Below, piece by piece: positions 9,285-18,888 of a stretch of DNA of 23,653 bases (its first letter is position 1; each line of letters opens with the position of its first letter). The notes beneath the pieces are model-generated. The model was given only the letters and a program-made list of their open reading frames with translations. It was not told the DNA's origin and made no database searches. A program made the translations under genes and the position numbers. The stretch spans positions 1 to 23,653 of the forward strand of contig JBHJHA010000103.1 of assembly GCA_050331235.1 (NCBI GenBank). Reading direction: 5' to 3'. The stretch is from Leptolyngbyaceae cyanobacterium. Lineage in GTDB: Bacteria; Cyanobacteriota; Cyanobacteriia; Phormidesmidales; Phormidesmidaceae.

Positions 9285-9749
9285 ATGGCTGAAGAAAAAA
9301 ATACTCAAGCTGCCACCAAGGCCGATAACAAAGGCGCTTCTTCATCCAAAGGAAAGAAGGAGAAGCCGCCCAAAATCGAAGAAAAGCCGTTTAATGAATT
9401 TGTCGAACAGCATTTTGTGCCGGCTTTGGATGAGGCTTTGCGCTCCGATGGCTGGGAGGATGTCAACCTATCGTTTATCAATAGCACTTTAGCCGTGAAG
9501 GGGGCTGACGGTCAGGAAACTTACTGGCAGCTGAGAGGTCACCAGCCGGGAAGTATCGATCGCCATTTCAATATCGTGTTTGCGAAAGAAGACATCAAGG
9601 GACCCAAGTATTTTTATTACAGTCAGGGGGATGGCCCTGCCAGCACAGTTGAGCAGTTCATGGGCGATGAGCGCCGGATTACGCTGGATCTGATGGTGCT
9701 GTACACCCTCCAGCGGCTCAACGGCCAAAAATGGTTAACCCGCAATTAA
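9285..9749 (+). CDS. ndhV: DUF2996-family protein (NDH-1 accessory subunit NdhV-like)
   Basis: KKEKPPKIEEKPFNEFV...P.L and EQFMGDERRITLDLMV...LQRLNGQKWL..N match the cyanobacterial DUF2996 pattern as I recall it. Confidence 0.75.
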   Translation: MAEEKNTQAATKADNKGASSSKGKKEKPPKIEEKPFNEFVEQHFVPALDEALRSDGWEDVNLSFINSTLAVKGADGQETYWQLRGHQPGSIDRHFNIVFAKEDIKGPKYFYYSQGDGPASTVEQFMGDERRITLDLMVLYTLQRLNGQKWLTRN

Positions 9750-9887
9750 CCACTGTCAGCCCACTCAGGCGCGAGCGCCGATACCGGATTAGCTTGGTTC
9801 AGCTAAGTCTGAGCCGCCCTGACCAGGATGCTCTAGGATTGAAAAGGCGTTTTTGCGGTAGTCTGTCCGGCCGCTGAGTATTAGCTT

Positions 9888-11645
9888 ATGTTGTCTGCGA
9901 TCGCAACTCTGAACCATCGGCTTGAGCAAGCATTGGTTCAGGCATATGGCCCTGACTTAGCAGGCACCGATCCGGTATTGGTGCCTGCGAGCAATCCTAA
10001 GTTTGGCGATTACCAGGCGAACGGTGCAATGGCGTTAGCCAAGCGGCTCCAGGAGAAACCTCGGGCGATCGCTGAAAAGATAGTGCAGCATTTAGACGTT
10101 GCTGATCTCTGCGAACCGCCGGAAATTGCTGGGCCTGGCTTCATCAACCTACGCCTCCAGCCCAGTTATCTAGAAGCTCAACTGCACGCGGTTGAAGCAG
10201 ACGATCGTTTAGGTGTTGCTGAGGTCGACTCTCCGCAAACAGTCATTGTTGACTTTTCCAGTCCCAACATCGCTAAAGAAATGCATGTGGGGCATTTGCG
10301 ATCCACAATCATTGGCGATTCGATCGCCCGTGTTCTGGAATTTGTGGGCCATGATGTATTGCGGCTTAATCACGTCGGTGACTGGGGTACGCAGTTTGGC
10401 ATGTTGATTACTCACTTGCGTACTGCTTGTCCTCAGGCTTTGACCAGTCCTGAAGCTGTGGATATTGGCGACTTGGTCGCGTTTTATAAACAAGCGAAGC
10501 AGCGCTTTGACGAAGATGAAGACTTTAAGGTGCGATCGCGTCAGGCTGTCGTTGATTTGCAGTCCGGCGAAGCTGAAGCCCGCCAGGCTTGGCAAGTACT
10601 CTGTGACCAATCACGACAAGCATTTCAAAAAATCTATGACCGCTTAGATATTGAGGTTACTGAGCGGGGAGAGTCCTTTTACAACCCGCTGTTGCCCGCT
10701 GTTGTTGCCGATCTTAAGCAGCAGGGACTCTTAGTTGAAGATCAGGGGGCCCAAGTCGTTTTTCTAGAGGGCTTTACGAATAAAGCAGGCGATCCCCAGC
10801 CGCTGATTATTCAAAAGTCGAACGGTGGCTTTAACTACGCAACAACGGACTTAGCAGCCATTCGCTATCGGACACGGCAAGACGGTGCTAAGCGGATGCT
10901 TTACGTGGTTGATGCTGGACAGGCCAACCATTTTGAACAGGTTTTTCAGGTGGCTGACAAGGCTGGGTGGATTCCAGAAGGCACAGAGCTGAGCCATGTA
11001 CCCTTTGGGGTTGTGCAGGGTGAAGACGGCAAAAAGTTCAAGACCCGCTCTGGTGAAACCGTACGCTTAAAGGATCTACTAGATGAGGCCGTGAGCCGGG
11101 CCCGGACAGATCTAGAGCGGCGTATCGCAGCGGAAGAACGCCAGGAAAGTGACGCTTTCGTTGAATCAGTCGCCGAAACCGTCGGGATCGGCGCGGTGAA
11201 ATATGCGGATCTGAGCCAAAATCGCACCAGCAACTACGTGTTTAGCTACGACAAAATGTTGGCTCTACAGGGCAACACTGCCCCCTACTTGCTCTATGCC
11301 TACGTACGGGTGCAGGGGATCAGTCGTAAAGGTGGGATTGACTTTCAAAATTTGGGTAAGGATGCGGCGGTGCATTTAGCTGACGATAGCGAATTTACGT
11401 TAGCCAAGCATATTTTGCAGCTTGATGAAGTCATCGCCGAAGTCGCCCAGGACTTGTTTCCCAATCGGCTCTGCCAATATCTGTTTGAGCTAAGTCAGAA
11501 ATTTAATCAATTTTACGATCGCTGCTCCGTTTTGCAAGCCGAGGAACCGCAGCGAACATCGCGACTGATTTTGTGTGATCTAACGGCGCGTACATTGCGT
11601 TTGGGGCTCTCGTTATTGGGCATTCAAGTGTTAGAACGGATGTAG
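9888..11645 (+). CDS. argS: Arginine-tRNA ligase
   Basis: [37 protein letters not shown] (HIGH), [20 protein letters not shown]-terminal ERM. Confidence 0.98.
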   Translation: MLSAIATLNHRLEQALVQAYGPDLAGTDPVLVPASNPKFGDYQANGAMALAKRLQEKPRAIAEKIVQHLDVADLCEPPEIAGPGFINLRLQPSYLEAQLHAVEADDRLGVAEVDSPQTVIVDFSSPNIAKEMHVGHLRSTIIGDSIARVLEFVGHDVLRLNHVGDWGTQFGMLITHLRTACPQALTSPEAVDIGDLVAFYKQAKQRFDEDEDFKVRSRQAVVDLQSGEAEARQAWQVLCDQSRQAFQKIYDRLDIEVTERGESFYNPLLPAVVADLKQQGLLVEDQGAQVVFLEGFTNKAGDPQPLIIQKSNGGFNYATTDLAAIRYRTRQDGAKRMLYVVDAGQANHFEQVFQVADKAGWIPEGTELSHVPFGVVQGEDGKKFKTRSGETVRLKDLLDEAVSRARTDLERRIAAEERQESDAFVESVAETVGIGAVKYADLSQNRTSNYVFSYDKMLALQGNTAPYLLYAYVRVQGISRKGGIDFQNLGKDAAVHLADDSEFTLAKHILQLDEVIAEVAQDLFPNRLCQYLFELSQKFNQFYDRCSVLQAEEPQRTSRLILCDLTARTLRLGLSLLGIQVLERM

Positions 11646-11759
11646 CACCGTTCGATTTTTGACTTTTGAGCCTCTGTAGGGATGCGTAACTTCTCGGCTC
11701 AATCCGGATTAGGCGGTCACTGCGCGAAGGTTTTGGTGTCATTGTTATACCTGGACCCT

Positions 11760-12488
11760 ATGGAGACACCGAAATCGGACTCTAAGCTGTCTTCTGCTTC
11801 TGAATATGCGCTGATCTTTGGAGCTGGCGCCAGTGCCGCCATGTCGCTAGCAGCGCAGCAAGTCGCAGCGGCCTCGGTACCGGTCACGGCGCTAGTTGCG
11901 ATCGGTCTGATGAATCGGCGGCGGCTGGACCGTCAATTGCAAGCGGGGGAACCGTTGGGTTCACTGCTAGAAGAAAAATCAACGCGAAATGGGGAACTCC
12001 CCGAACCGGAGGTGACGGCTCAACCCTTGCCAAGTGGGCAGTTCCCTGCCGCGCCGCCGCCGATAGAACCGCCCCCAGAAATGCTGTTTTCGGAAGCATC
12101 GCCGCCACCGGGTCCGCAAGCGCTAATGAGCCCCCATCCCCAAATGGGCCGCCCTACTTCGAGACCGAGTTCGCCGATGCGATCGCAGGTGCGATTTTCG
12201 GGTAAGCAGCAACGGCTCATGGCGGCTAAGGAGGCGTTACAGCTGGCACAGTCGGAGAGTTTGCAACAAATTGGCGCTCAGCTTCAGCAGACCCGCGTTG
12301 CACGGGGGTGGTCATTGCAAGAGGTACATCAACGTACCTACATTCAGCGGTACGCGTTGCAGGCGATTGAGCAGGGTGATGTCGATGCTTTACCCGAACC
12401 CTTCTATATTTGTGCCTTCATCCAAAAGTATGCGATCGCCCTGGGGCTGCCTGGAGCCGAAATCGCCAGCCAATTTCCAACGGCCTAA
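11760..12488 (+). CDS. Membrane-anchored protein with C-terminal XRE/RodZ-type helix-turn-helix
   Basis: N-terminal hydrophobic stretch, Pro-rich linker, then IGAQLQQTRVARGWSLQEVHQRTYIQRYALQAIEQGD...LPEPFYICAFIQKYAIALGL. Start set at ATG 11760. Confidence 0.8.
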   Translation: METPKSDSKLSSASEYALIFGAGASAAMSLAAQQVAAASVPVTALVAIGLMNRRRLDRQLQAGEPLGSLLEEKSTRNGELPEPEVTAQPLPSGQFPAAPPPIEPPPEMLFSEASPPPGPQALMSPHPQMGRPTSRPSSPMRSQVRFSGKQQRLMAAKEALQLAQSESLQQIGAQLQQTRVARGWSLQEVHQRTYIQRYALQAIEQGDVDALPEPFYICAFIQKYAIALGLPGAEIASQFPTA

Positions 12489-12506
12489 AGGCTGACTGAG
12501 GTACCG

Positions 12507-13400
12507 TTATTCGCAGCGTTCCAGCTGATTGATTGTCAGCACCATTTCGTCGATCGCCGCTAGCATTACCCCACCGGATTGCCCCGCTTGATTGATGACA
12601 ATGCTAAAAATAACGGTGCCGTATCCATCGGTTTCCAGATAGCCTGATAGGGCCCGAACGCCGTTTAGAGTGCCGGTTTTGGCGTGAACTTTACCGTAGG
12701 CTGGGGTGTCCTTAAAACGGTTGCGCAAGGTGCCATTGACGCCGCCTACGGGCAGAGACTGATAGAACAGTCCCGTTTCATCGGTAGCATGCATGCCTTT
12801 GAGCAAGGCGACCAAGGCGGCAGGTTGTACTTGATTACGGCGGGAGAGTCCTGATCCATCCGCCTGAATGTAGCTATTGGGATCGACGCCAATGGGCTCC
12901 AGCAGGAGCTTGACGCGGCTTTGTCCCCCGATCCCTCTCAGCAACTCGTCAGCTCGGGCGTTATTGCTGTTACGGTTGACCACGGTCAGGACATCTTGAA
13001 ACTCCCCTAACCGATCAGGTGAATGTTCCATAATGCTGCGCATCGCTGCAGCGGTGGTGAACAGTTTGATATTGGAGGCAGGGATCAGTAGCCTGTCGGC
13101 GTTGTGGGCATGTAGCAGAGCTTCCTCCTGCAAGGAATAGACCATGATGCCCCAGTTGGCGCTCCGGAATTGAGAGCGATGAGTGATGCTCGTTAATGCT
13201 GACGGTAGATGTTCTGGACAACTGCGATCGCGCAATCGCGGTTCCGCGCCCGGCTCCGAAGTGGTGATGCCGGCGCGCTCAATTACCGAAGGAGGAGTGG
13301 CGCTCTGGGCTGCCAGCGGGCTGAGCCATCCCATCAAGGTTACTGTGCTGGCGATCGCGGCTGCCTGCACCCAACGAGGGGAGCACTGAAACCATTCCAT
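12507..13400 (-). CDS. dacB: D-Ala-D-Ala carboxypeptidase/endopeptidase (peptidase S13, PBP4-like), compact form
   Basis: Signal-like N-terminus, PASNIK (SxxK), SNN (SxN), DGSGLSR, GTL..RF, KTGTL.GV.ALSGY. Confidence 0.88.
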   Translation of the reverse strand: MEWFQCSPRWVQAAAIASTVTLMGWLSPLAAQSATPPSVIERAGITTSEPGAEPRLRDRSCPEHLPSALTSITHRSQFRSANWGIMVYSLQEEALLHAHNADRLLIPASNIKLFTTAAAMRSIMEHSPDRLGEFQDVLTVVNRNSNNARADELLRGIGGQSRVKLLLEPIGVDPNSYIQADGSGLSRRNQVQPAALVALLKGMHATDETGLFYQSLPVGGVNGTLRNRFKDTPAYGKVHAKTGTLNGVRALSGYLETDGYGTVIFSIVINQAGQSGGVMLAAIDEMVLTINQLERCE

Positions 13401-13654
13401 ATTGCTATCCTCAAATACTCGTCGTGTGATCTTCCCTGCCCACAGACCCTATCAGTCCGGCTTATGCATTGCATCCCATGTGGACTTACTGATACATCAT
13501 GATGGCTGTTTTTGAAGAAATCACACAAATGATTGCAATCGTATTGACCTGGATGCGCCGGCCTGGAGAACCCTCAAAATTGCCGTTCAGCCAGCGAACC
13601 GTGGCCCCAAAATCTGGGAAAATACTTGGGTAAATAACAGCGCAGCAGTCGATC

Positions 13655-14560
13655 GTGGTGGCAGCAACTTCTCAGGTGATTGGCATTGATTTAGGCGGTA
13701 CGGCAATTAAGTTTGGCCGCTATGCTCAATCTGGTGACTGCTTAGAGCAGCTCGTGATTTCCACTCCCCAGCCTGCCACCCCGGAAGCGGTACTCGCGGC
13801 CATGGTGCCAGCCATTGATCAGCTGGCGCCTGATCGTCATGTGCGGGCGATCGGCATTGGTACGCCAGGACCCGCGGATGCCGCTGGACGCATCGCGCGA
13901 GTTGCCATCAATCTCGCAGGCTGGCAGGATGTGCCCCTCGCCGACTGGTTAGAAGCGAAAACCGGACTGCCTACTGTTTTAGCTAATGATGCCAACTGTG
14001 CCGGACTGGGGGAAGCCTGGCTCGGGGCGGGATGTGATTTCCGCGATTTGGTGGTGTTGACCCTAGGAACAGGGGTTGGTGGGGCCATCATCCTAGACGG
14101 TGACTTGTTTACCGGGCGCACCGGAGCCGCCGGCGAATTAGGATTGATTACCTTAGACCCCAAAGGTCCCCCCTGCAACAGTGGCAATCGGGGCTCTCTG
14201 GAGCAGCACTGCTCAGTCCAAGCTGTGCGTCGAGAGATGGGGTGTGAGCCGGGGAAGCTCGCCGCCCAAGCTCTGATGGGAGATGAGGCCGCGATCGCCT
14301 ATTGGCAGCAATATGGTCGCCACTTGGGAGCGGGGTTGGCTAGTCTCATCTATGTGTTGACTCCCGAAGCGATTATTCTTGGTGGAGGCATCAGCGCCGG
14401 TATCGACTTATTTTTACCCACCGTTTGGCAGGAGATTGAGCAGCGAGTCTTGCCTAGCTCCCGGGAAGGATTACAGATTGTGACCGCGACTTTGGTGAAT
14501 CAAGCGGGGGTTGCTGGCGCTGCCCGTCTAGCCTTGCAACGATTTTGCATGGCGACTTAA
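13655..14560 (+). CDS. ROK-family sugar kinase (glucokinase-like)
   Basis: IGIDLGGT, GIGTPG, NDANCAGLGE, LTLGTGVGG, GAAGELG...CNSGNRGSLE, ILGGG. Confidence 0.92.
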   Translation: MVAATSQVIGIDLGGTAIKFGRYAQSGDCLEQLVISTPQPATPEAVLAAMVPAIDQLAPDRHVRAIGIGTPGPADAAGRIARVAINLAGWQDVPLADWLEAKTGLPTVLANDANCAGLGEAWLGAGCDFRDLVVLTLGTGVGGAIILDGDLFTGRTGAAGELGLITLDPKGPPCNSGNRGSLEQHCSVQAVRREMGCEPGKLAAQALMGDEAAIAYWQQYGRHLGAGLASLIYVLTPEAIILGGGISAGIDLFLPTVWQEIEQRVLPSSREGLQIVTATLVNQAGVAGAARLALQRFCMAT

Positions 14561-14587
14561 GACTGTGATGCCGCTGGGGATGGCCAG

Positions 14588-15019
14588 CTATCGCAGGGGG
14601 AGAACGTCCTCTGATTTCACAATTGCCACTCGACCGTACCGAGGATCAATCTCTAACCCCCATACTCGCAGACTCATATCCCCATTGACTGTGTATTTAG
14701 CCGCTTCCCCCGGGCTCAGGGTTAAGCCGGTTTGAAAAATGGTGGGGCGATGGGCTAGCGGTAAAAAGTCGATTTCTCCCAGGTTCAAAGCCGCTTCATT
14801 TTGAAAAGACAAGCGGCCCTCATGGTTCAAAATGCCGGCGGGGGTGGGACAGTGGTCACAAAAACTAACTGCCAGAAACCAGCGGGCATCGGCAATGCGG
14901 TCAAAAACCCGCTCTGGACGTGGATGCTGTAAAACCTGGTAGCCACCCTCAACGGACAAAATGGTGCCGCCTAAAAAACCGCAGGCGACGTTGATATCAG
15001 ACTCCATGGCAACAACCAC
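14588..15019 (-). CDS. Hypothetical protein, possible PAS-like C-terminal half
   Basis: 143-aa ORF filling the gap between two genes. PAGILNHEGRLSFQNEAA resembles the start of a PAS fold. Confidence 0.65.
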   Translation of the reverse strand: MVVAMESDINVACGFLGGTILSVEGGYQVLQHPRPERVFDRIADARWFLAVSFCDHCPTPAGILNHEGRLSFQNEAALNLGEIDFLPLAHRPTIFQTGLTLSPGEAAKYTVNGDMSLRVWGLEIDPRYGRVAIVKSEDVLPLR

Positions 15020-15042
15020 ATTTACAAAGGGACCAGTAATCT

Positions 15043-15879
15043 CTATGGCTCGAGCGTTTGATTGATTAGTAGCGCGATCGCCGTTCGCCAGACCAGATAC
15101 CCCCGCTCATTGAGATGCAACCCGTCGGTCGATAGGTCAGCACGGAGGGTGCCTTCCCCATCGGCAAAGAGCGGATACAAATCTAGGTAGTGAACGTCTT
15201 CTGATGCCGCGATTTTAGCGATGGCCGTATTCACTGCTTGAATCCGATCGTTGGGGAGCTGTAGCAGGCGATCGCGCCCCTCCCAGGTAGCCTGCTCACC
15301 GCCGTGGGGCAAAATCGACTGCACGATGATGTCTGCCTCGGGATGTTGACGTTTAAGATACTGCACTGATTTTTCAATATTTGTGGCGACTTCGCTCTCG
15401 GGCACGCCAGCAATCAAGTCATTGATGCCCACCATGACAAAGATGCTCTCAACGGCAGCGCCGTCTAGGGCATCTAGACGACGGCTCATCATGTCGGAAT
15501 TTTCGCCGGAGATGCCTTGATTGAGCCACGTCCGTCGACCGGGCAGCAAATCTTGGGGAAACCATAGCGAAATCGAATCTCCCATGAGCACCGTCAGCCG
15601 CGGCGCGTCCGCATAGGCTTGGGCTTCCTGCCGCAACAGGTCTACCCACTGCTGATAGTTCAAATACTGGTGATCGCCGAGCTGGGGTGCAAATCCTTCC
15701 ACATCCTCAGTCGCGATGGATGCGTTGGCCTGAGGCAATACAGAGCTACTCGCCAATGACGGCGATGGTGATGGTCTGCTATCTAAACTGATGACCACAG
15801 CAATAGTCAGCAGACAATTCATTGCCAGCGATAGCAGCACCCAGTACGGTAAATGTTGCAGTCGGTCCAGGACTTTCAT
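15043..15879 (-). CDS. SGNH/GDSL-family hydrolase with N-terminal membrane anchor
   Basis: GDSIS (block I), NQGISG (II), GIND (III), DGLH (V). Start set at ATG 15879. Confidence 0.9.
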   Translation of the reverse strand: MKVLDRLQHLPYWVLLSLAMNCLLTIAVVISLDSRPSPSPSLASSSVLPQANASIATEDVEGFAPQLGDHQYLNYQQWVDLLRQEAQAYADAPRLTVLMGDSISLWFPQDLLPGRRTWLNQGISGENSDMMSRRLDALDGAAVESIFVMVGINDLIAGVPESEVATNIEKSVQYLKRQHPEADIIVQSILPHGGEQATWEGRDRLLQLPNDRIQAVNTAIAKIAASEDVHYLDLYPLFADGEGTLRADLSTDGLHLNERGYLVWRTAIALLINQTLEP

Positions 15880-15945
15880 ACATAGAGTCATGGAGAATGG
15901 CTCAAATTGTATCAAGCCCATCGAACTCTCGCCGTAGGTTTAAGG

Positions 15946-15967
15946 AAAAAGCAAAAACAATTTTTGC
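15946..15967 (-). terminator. Weak terminator after ychF
   Basis: Minus strand reads GCAAAAA-TTG-TTTTTGC then TTTTT; the stem is AT-rich. Confidence 0.35.
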
Positions 15968-16002
15968 GAACACCTGTAGCCATCCAAGCTGCGTCAGTGC
16001 AT

Positions 16003-17094
16003 CTACACGTTAAAGCGGAACAGCATGACGTCTCCTTCTTGGACAATGTAGTCTTTTCCTTCACTGCGAAGCTGTCCCTTTTCTTTGACCCCATTCATGG
16101 AGCCCGCCTCGACCAAGTCTTGATAGGCAACGGTCTCAGCGCGAATAAAGCCCCGCTCAAAGTCTGAGTGAATAACCCCTGCGGCTTGAGGGGCCAGCAT
16201 CCCGGCGTTAATCGTCCAGGCCCGCGTTTCTTTGGGGCCAGTTGTAAAGTAGGTACGCAACCCGAGCAGCTCATAAGTGGCCCGAATTAGCGACTGGAGG
16301 CCACCTTCTTCAACCCCGAGGGCGTCTAAAAAATCGGCGCGTTCTTCTTCCGGCAGTTCGATAAGTTCCGCTTCCACCTGGGCGGAAATGACCACGACTT
16401 CAGCGCCTTCGGCCGCCGCGATCGCCCGAACCTGTTCAACATAGTCATTACCGCTCGCCAAATCATCTTCATTCACATTGGTCGCATAAATGACCGGCTT
16501 CCGGGTCAACAGCCCCAGTGGTTTGATGAGCAATTCTTCGTCTGTGGTTAAATCGACGGTGCGGGCGGTGTTGCCTTCGTTGAGTGCCGGCAGGAGTTTT
16601 TCTAAGGCGTCTACTTCTGCCTGAATATCCTTCTCTTTCTTTGCTTGCTTACGGGCGCGCTCAAGCCGTTTTTCCACCTGGGCTAAGTCAGAAAGAGTCA
16701 GTTCTAAGTTGATGATTTCTGCATCCCGAGCCGGGTCAATTGAGCCTGAAACGTGGATAATATCGTCGTTTTCAAAGCAGCGCACAACGTGGACGATCGC
16801 ATCAACTTCGCGAATATTGGCTAAAAACTGGTTGCCCAGCCCTTCGCCTTTGCTGGCTCCTTGCACGAGGCCTGCAATGTCTACAAACTCTACCCTAGCT
16901 GGAATCACTTCCGCCGATTCTGAGATGTGAGCCAGGACGGCTAAACGGGGATCTGGTACAGCCACCACGCCGACATTCGGCTCAATCGTGCAGAAAGGAA
17001 AGTTAGCTGCTTGGGCTTTGGCATTAGCCACCACAGCATTAAATAGGGTTGATTTGCCAACGTTGGGTAACCCGACAATCCCGGCTCTGAGCAT
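16003..17094 (-). CDS. ychF: Ribosome-binding ATPase YchF
   Basis: GIVGLPNVGKSTLFN, ANFPFCTIEPN, DIAGLV.GAS.GEGLGNQFL, C-terminal EGK.YIVQEGDVM.FRFNV. Confidence 0.98.
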   Translation of the reverse strand: MLRAGIVGLPNVGKSTLFNAVVANAKAQAANFPFCTIEPNVGVVAVPDPRLAVLAHISESAEVIPARVEFVDIAGLVQGASKGEGLGNQFLANIREVDAIVHVVRCFENDDIIHVSGSIDPARDAEIINLELTLSDLAQVEKRLERARKQAKKEKDIQAEVDALEKLLPALNEGNTARTVDLTTDEELLIKPLGLLTRKPVIYATNVNEDDLASGNDYVEQVRAIAAAEGAEVVVISAQVEAELIELPEEERADFLDALGVEEGGLQSLIRATYELLGLRTYFTTGPKETRAWTINAGMLAPQAAGVIHSDFERGFIRAETVAYQDLVEAGSMNGVKEKGQLRSEGKDYIVQEGDVMLFRFNV

Positions 17095-17178
17095 AGCGAT
17101 CGCACCGACACAGTAAATAAACCTTTATCAGCTTACCCCTTGATTGAGCTCTCTGAGGCGAGGCAGGCAGGAACAGGC

Positions 17179-17400
17179 CTATAGGCTGTCATCTAGGGTT
17201 TCGATGAGTAGATCCACCTGCGCCTGCCGTGCTTGCAAAAAGTCTTCGCACTGTCGGAGCTGCTGTACGGCCTGTTCAAATTCCTCAAATACGGCGGCTA
17301 GGGGCAACTCGCCCTGTTCTAACCGGGTGACGGCAGCCTCAATCTGTTCAACGGTGGTTTCGTAGGACCAATCAGTGGGCGGCGGTGACGATTGAGACAT
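17179..17400 (-). CDS. xseB: Exodeoxyribonuclease VII small subunit
   Basis: SYE..V.QIE..V.RLE.GELPL...FE.FE.AV..L..C...L; directly downstream of xseA. Confidence 0.92.
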   Translation of the reverse strand: MSQSSPPPTDWSYETTVEQIEAAVTRLEQGELPLAAVFEEFEQAVQQLRQCEDFLQARQAQVDLLIETLDDSL

Positions 17401-17447
17401 GGGGGCAACAGGCTCTAATGAGGGACAGCGAAAAGGGGTGAGCGGAG

Positions 17448-18707
17448 TTATGGTTCAGCGGTGTCGCGGGGCGGGGAAGGTGACTGAGGGGTAGACTGAG
17501 CCTTGACTTCGACAGTGAGCTCGCCTTGGGCCAACTGAATGTGTAGGTGGTCGCCAACGGCCACCTGATGCGCCGCACTGACGAGGCGATCGCGATCTCG
17601 CAGGATCGCATATCCCCGCTTGAGCACCGCCTCTGGGTCCAGGGACTGCAAAGCCTGCGACAGATAACGGCAATGCTGCTGGGCCGTTTGCAGGCGATGC
17701 TGCACAAGCTGGCGCAGCTGCTGTTTTTGCCAGGTCAGCCGCTGCTGCTCCTGCTCGATTTGCCGATAGAGCTGTTGTTGCTCTAAGCGGCGACGTAGAT
17801 CAGCCACCTGCTCATAATGCATCTGCACGGCTGACTGGAGGGCCCCCTTGAGTCGCTGCTGCCGAGTTTCCTGCTCAATCCACAGGTCATCAATATGGGG
17901 GACGGCCCACGCCGCCGCCGCTGTCGGTGTATGGGCACAGGCGTCAGCAGCGAGATCGGCAAGGGTTTCATCGCGTTTGTGGCCGATGCCGGTAATGATG
18001 GGCAGGGGACTCTCGGCGATCGCCCGCACCACCGGTTCATCATCAAAGGCATCCAAATCTTCGCGCGCCCCCCCACCCCGCGCCTAAAGGATGAGCTCGG
18101 CTCGGCGATCGCGGATAGCCCGACTAATCGCCGCTGCCACCGCCTGAGGCGCTTGAGGCCCTTGCACTGTGGCTATCGATAGCAGCACCCGGAGCCCGGG
18201 CTGACGCTGGCGTAGCGTTTGCTGAATGTCTCCCCAAGCGGCGGCTTGGCCCGAAGTGACGACAGCAATACACTCTGGATAAGCAGGCAATGGTCGCTTG
18301 TGCTCGTCGTCAAACAGACCTTCGGCAGCTAGCCGCTGGTAGAGCTGCCGCTTTTTTAGGGCCTGTAAGCCCTCCCCCGCTGGCAATAGCTGTAGCGTAC
18401 TTAGCTGGTACTGCCCCCGGGCTGGGTAAACCCGCATCTGGCCTAATAAAAAAACTTGCTCACCTGCCCTTGGCAACATCGCTAGCTTGTCCCGCTGCGA
18501 TCGCCACACCACCGCTTGAATGGCCGCGTTAGCCTCCGGATCTTGCAGAGTGAAAAAGATATGCCCGCCGCGATCGTTGGCACTCGATACCTCACCCATC
18601 ACCCATAGGCGACTGAGCTGTGCGTCTTGTTCTAACAGCGCTTGAATGTAGTCGGTGACCCCCGCTACGCTAAGCGCCGCTGTAGGGACTACGGAGAGAC
18701 TTGGCAT
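17448..18707 (-). pseudogene. xseA: Exodeoxyribonuclease VII large subunit, interrupted by one in-frame TAG (18084-18086, codon 208); may be a sequence error
   Basis: The two track ORFs are in the same frame and join as [28 protein letters not shown]...[16 protein letters not shown]....TPTAAA. 419 codons plus final stop. Confidence 0.85.
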
Positions 18708-18764
18708 TGTTGCTGGGAAGTTTAAAGCAAGGGAACGTCATGCCCTAGCAAATGTTAGCATCTT

Positions 18765-18784
18765 AGTACGTTTGTATGTATGAT
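18765..18784 (+). promoter_or_regulatory. Cyanobacterial LexA-box-like site abutting a -10 element upstream of recA
   Basis: AGTACGTTTGTATG (18765-18778) has one mismatch to RGTACNNNDGTWCB and is immediately followed by TATGAT (18779-18784). Confidence 0.6.
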
Positions 18785-18888
18785 AGGGCGTGAAGAAATT
18801 CGGTTTGTCGCTAGACTAAACGTTAACTTCATTCGGTGTCGTTTCCTGGCTGCACATAGACAGCCTTACTCTGCACTCAAAGGACTGT

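Noticed and set aside
9750..9887. T-box or riboswitch upstream of argS
   Set aside because: Gap is only 138 nt with no T-box motif; just a small TTAGCT/AGCTAA hairpin.
13511..13540. CRP-like site (TTTGA-N5-TCACA) and palindrome GATTGCAATC between dacB and the ROK gene
   Set aside because: Spacer is 5 nt rather than 6; a lone 10-bp palindrome is not enough to call an operator.
18057..18086. Programmed frameshift or phase variation at the G7 run in xseA
   Set aside because: Both halves are in the same frame; the run simply encodes the RGGG motif.
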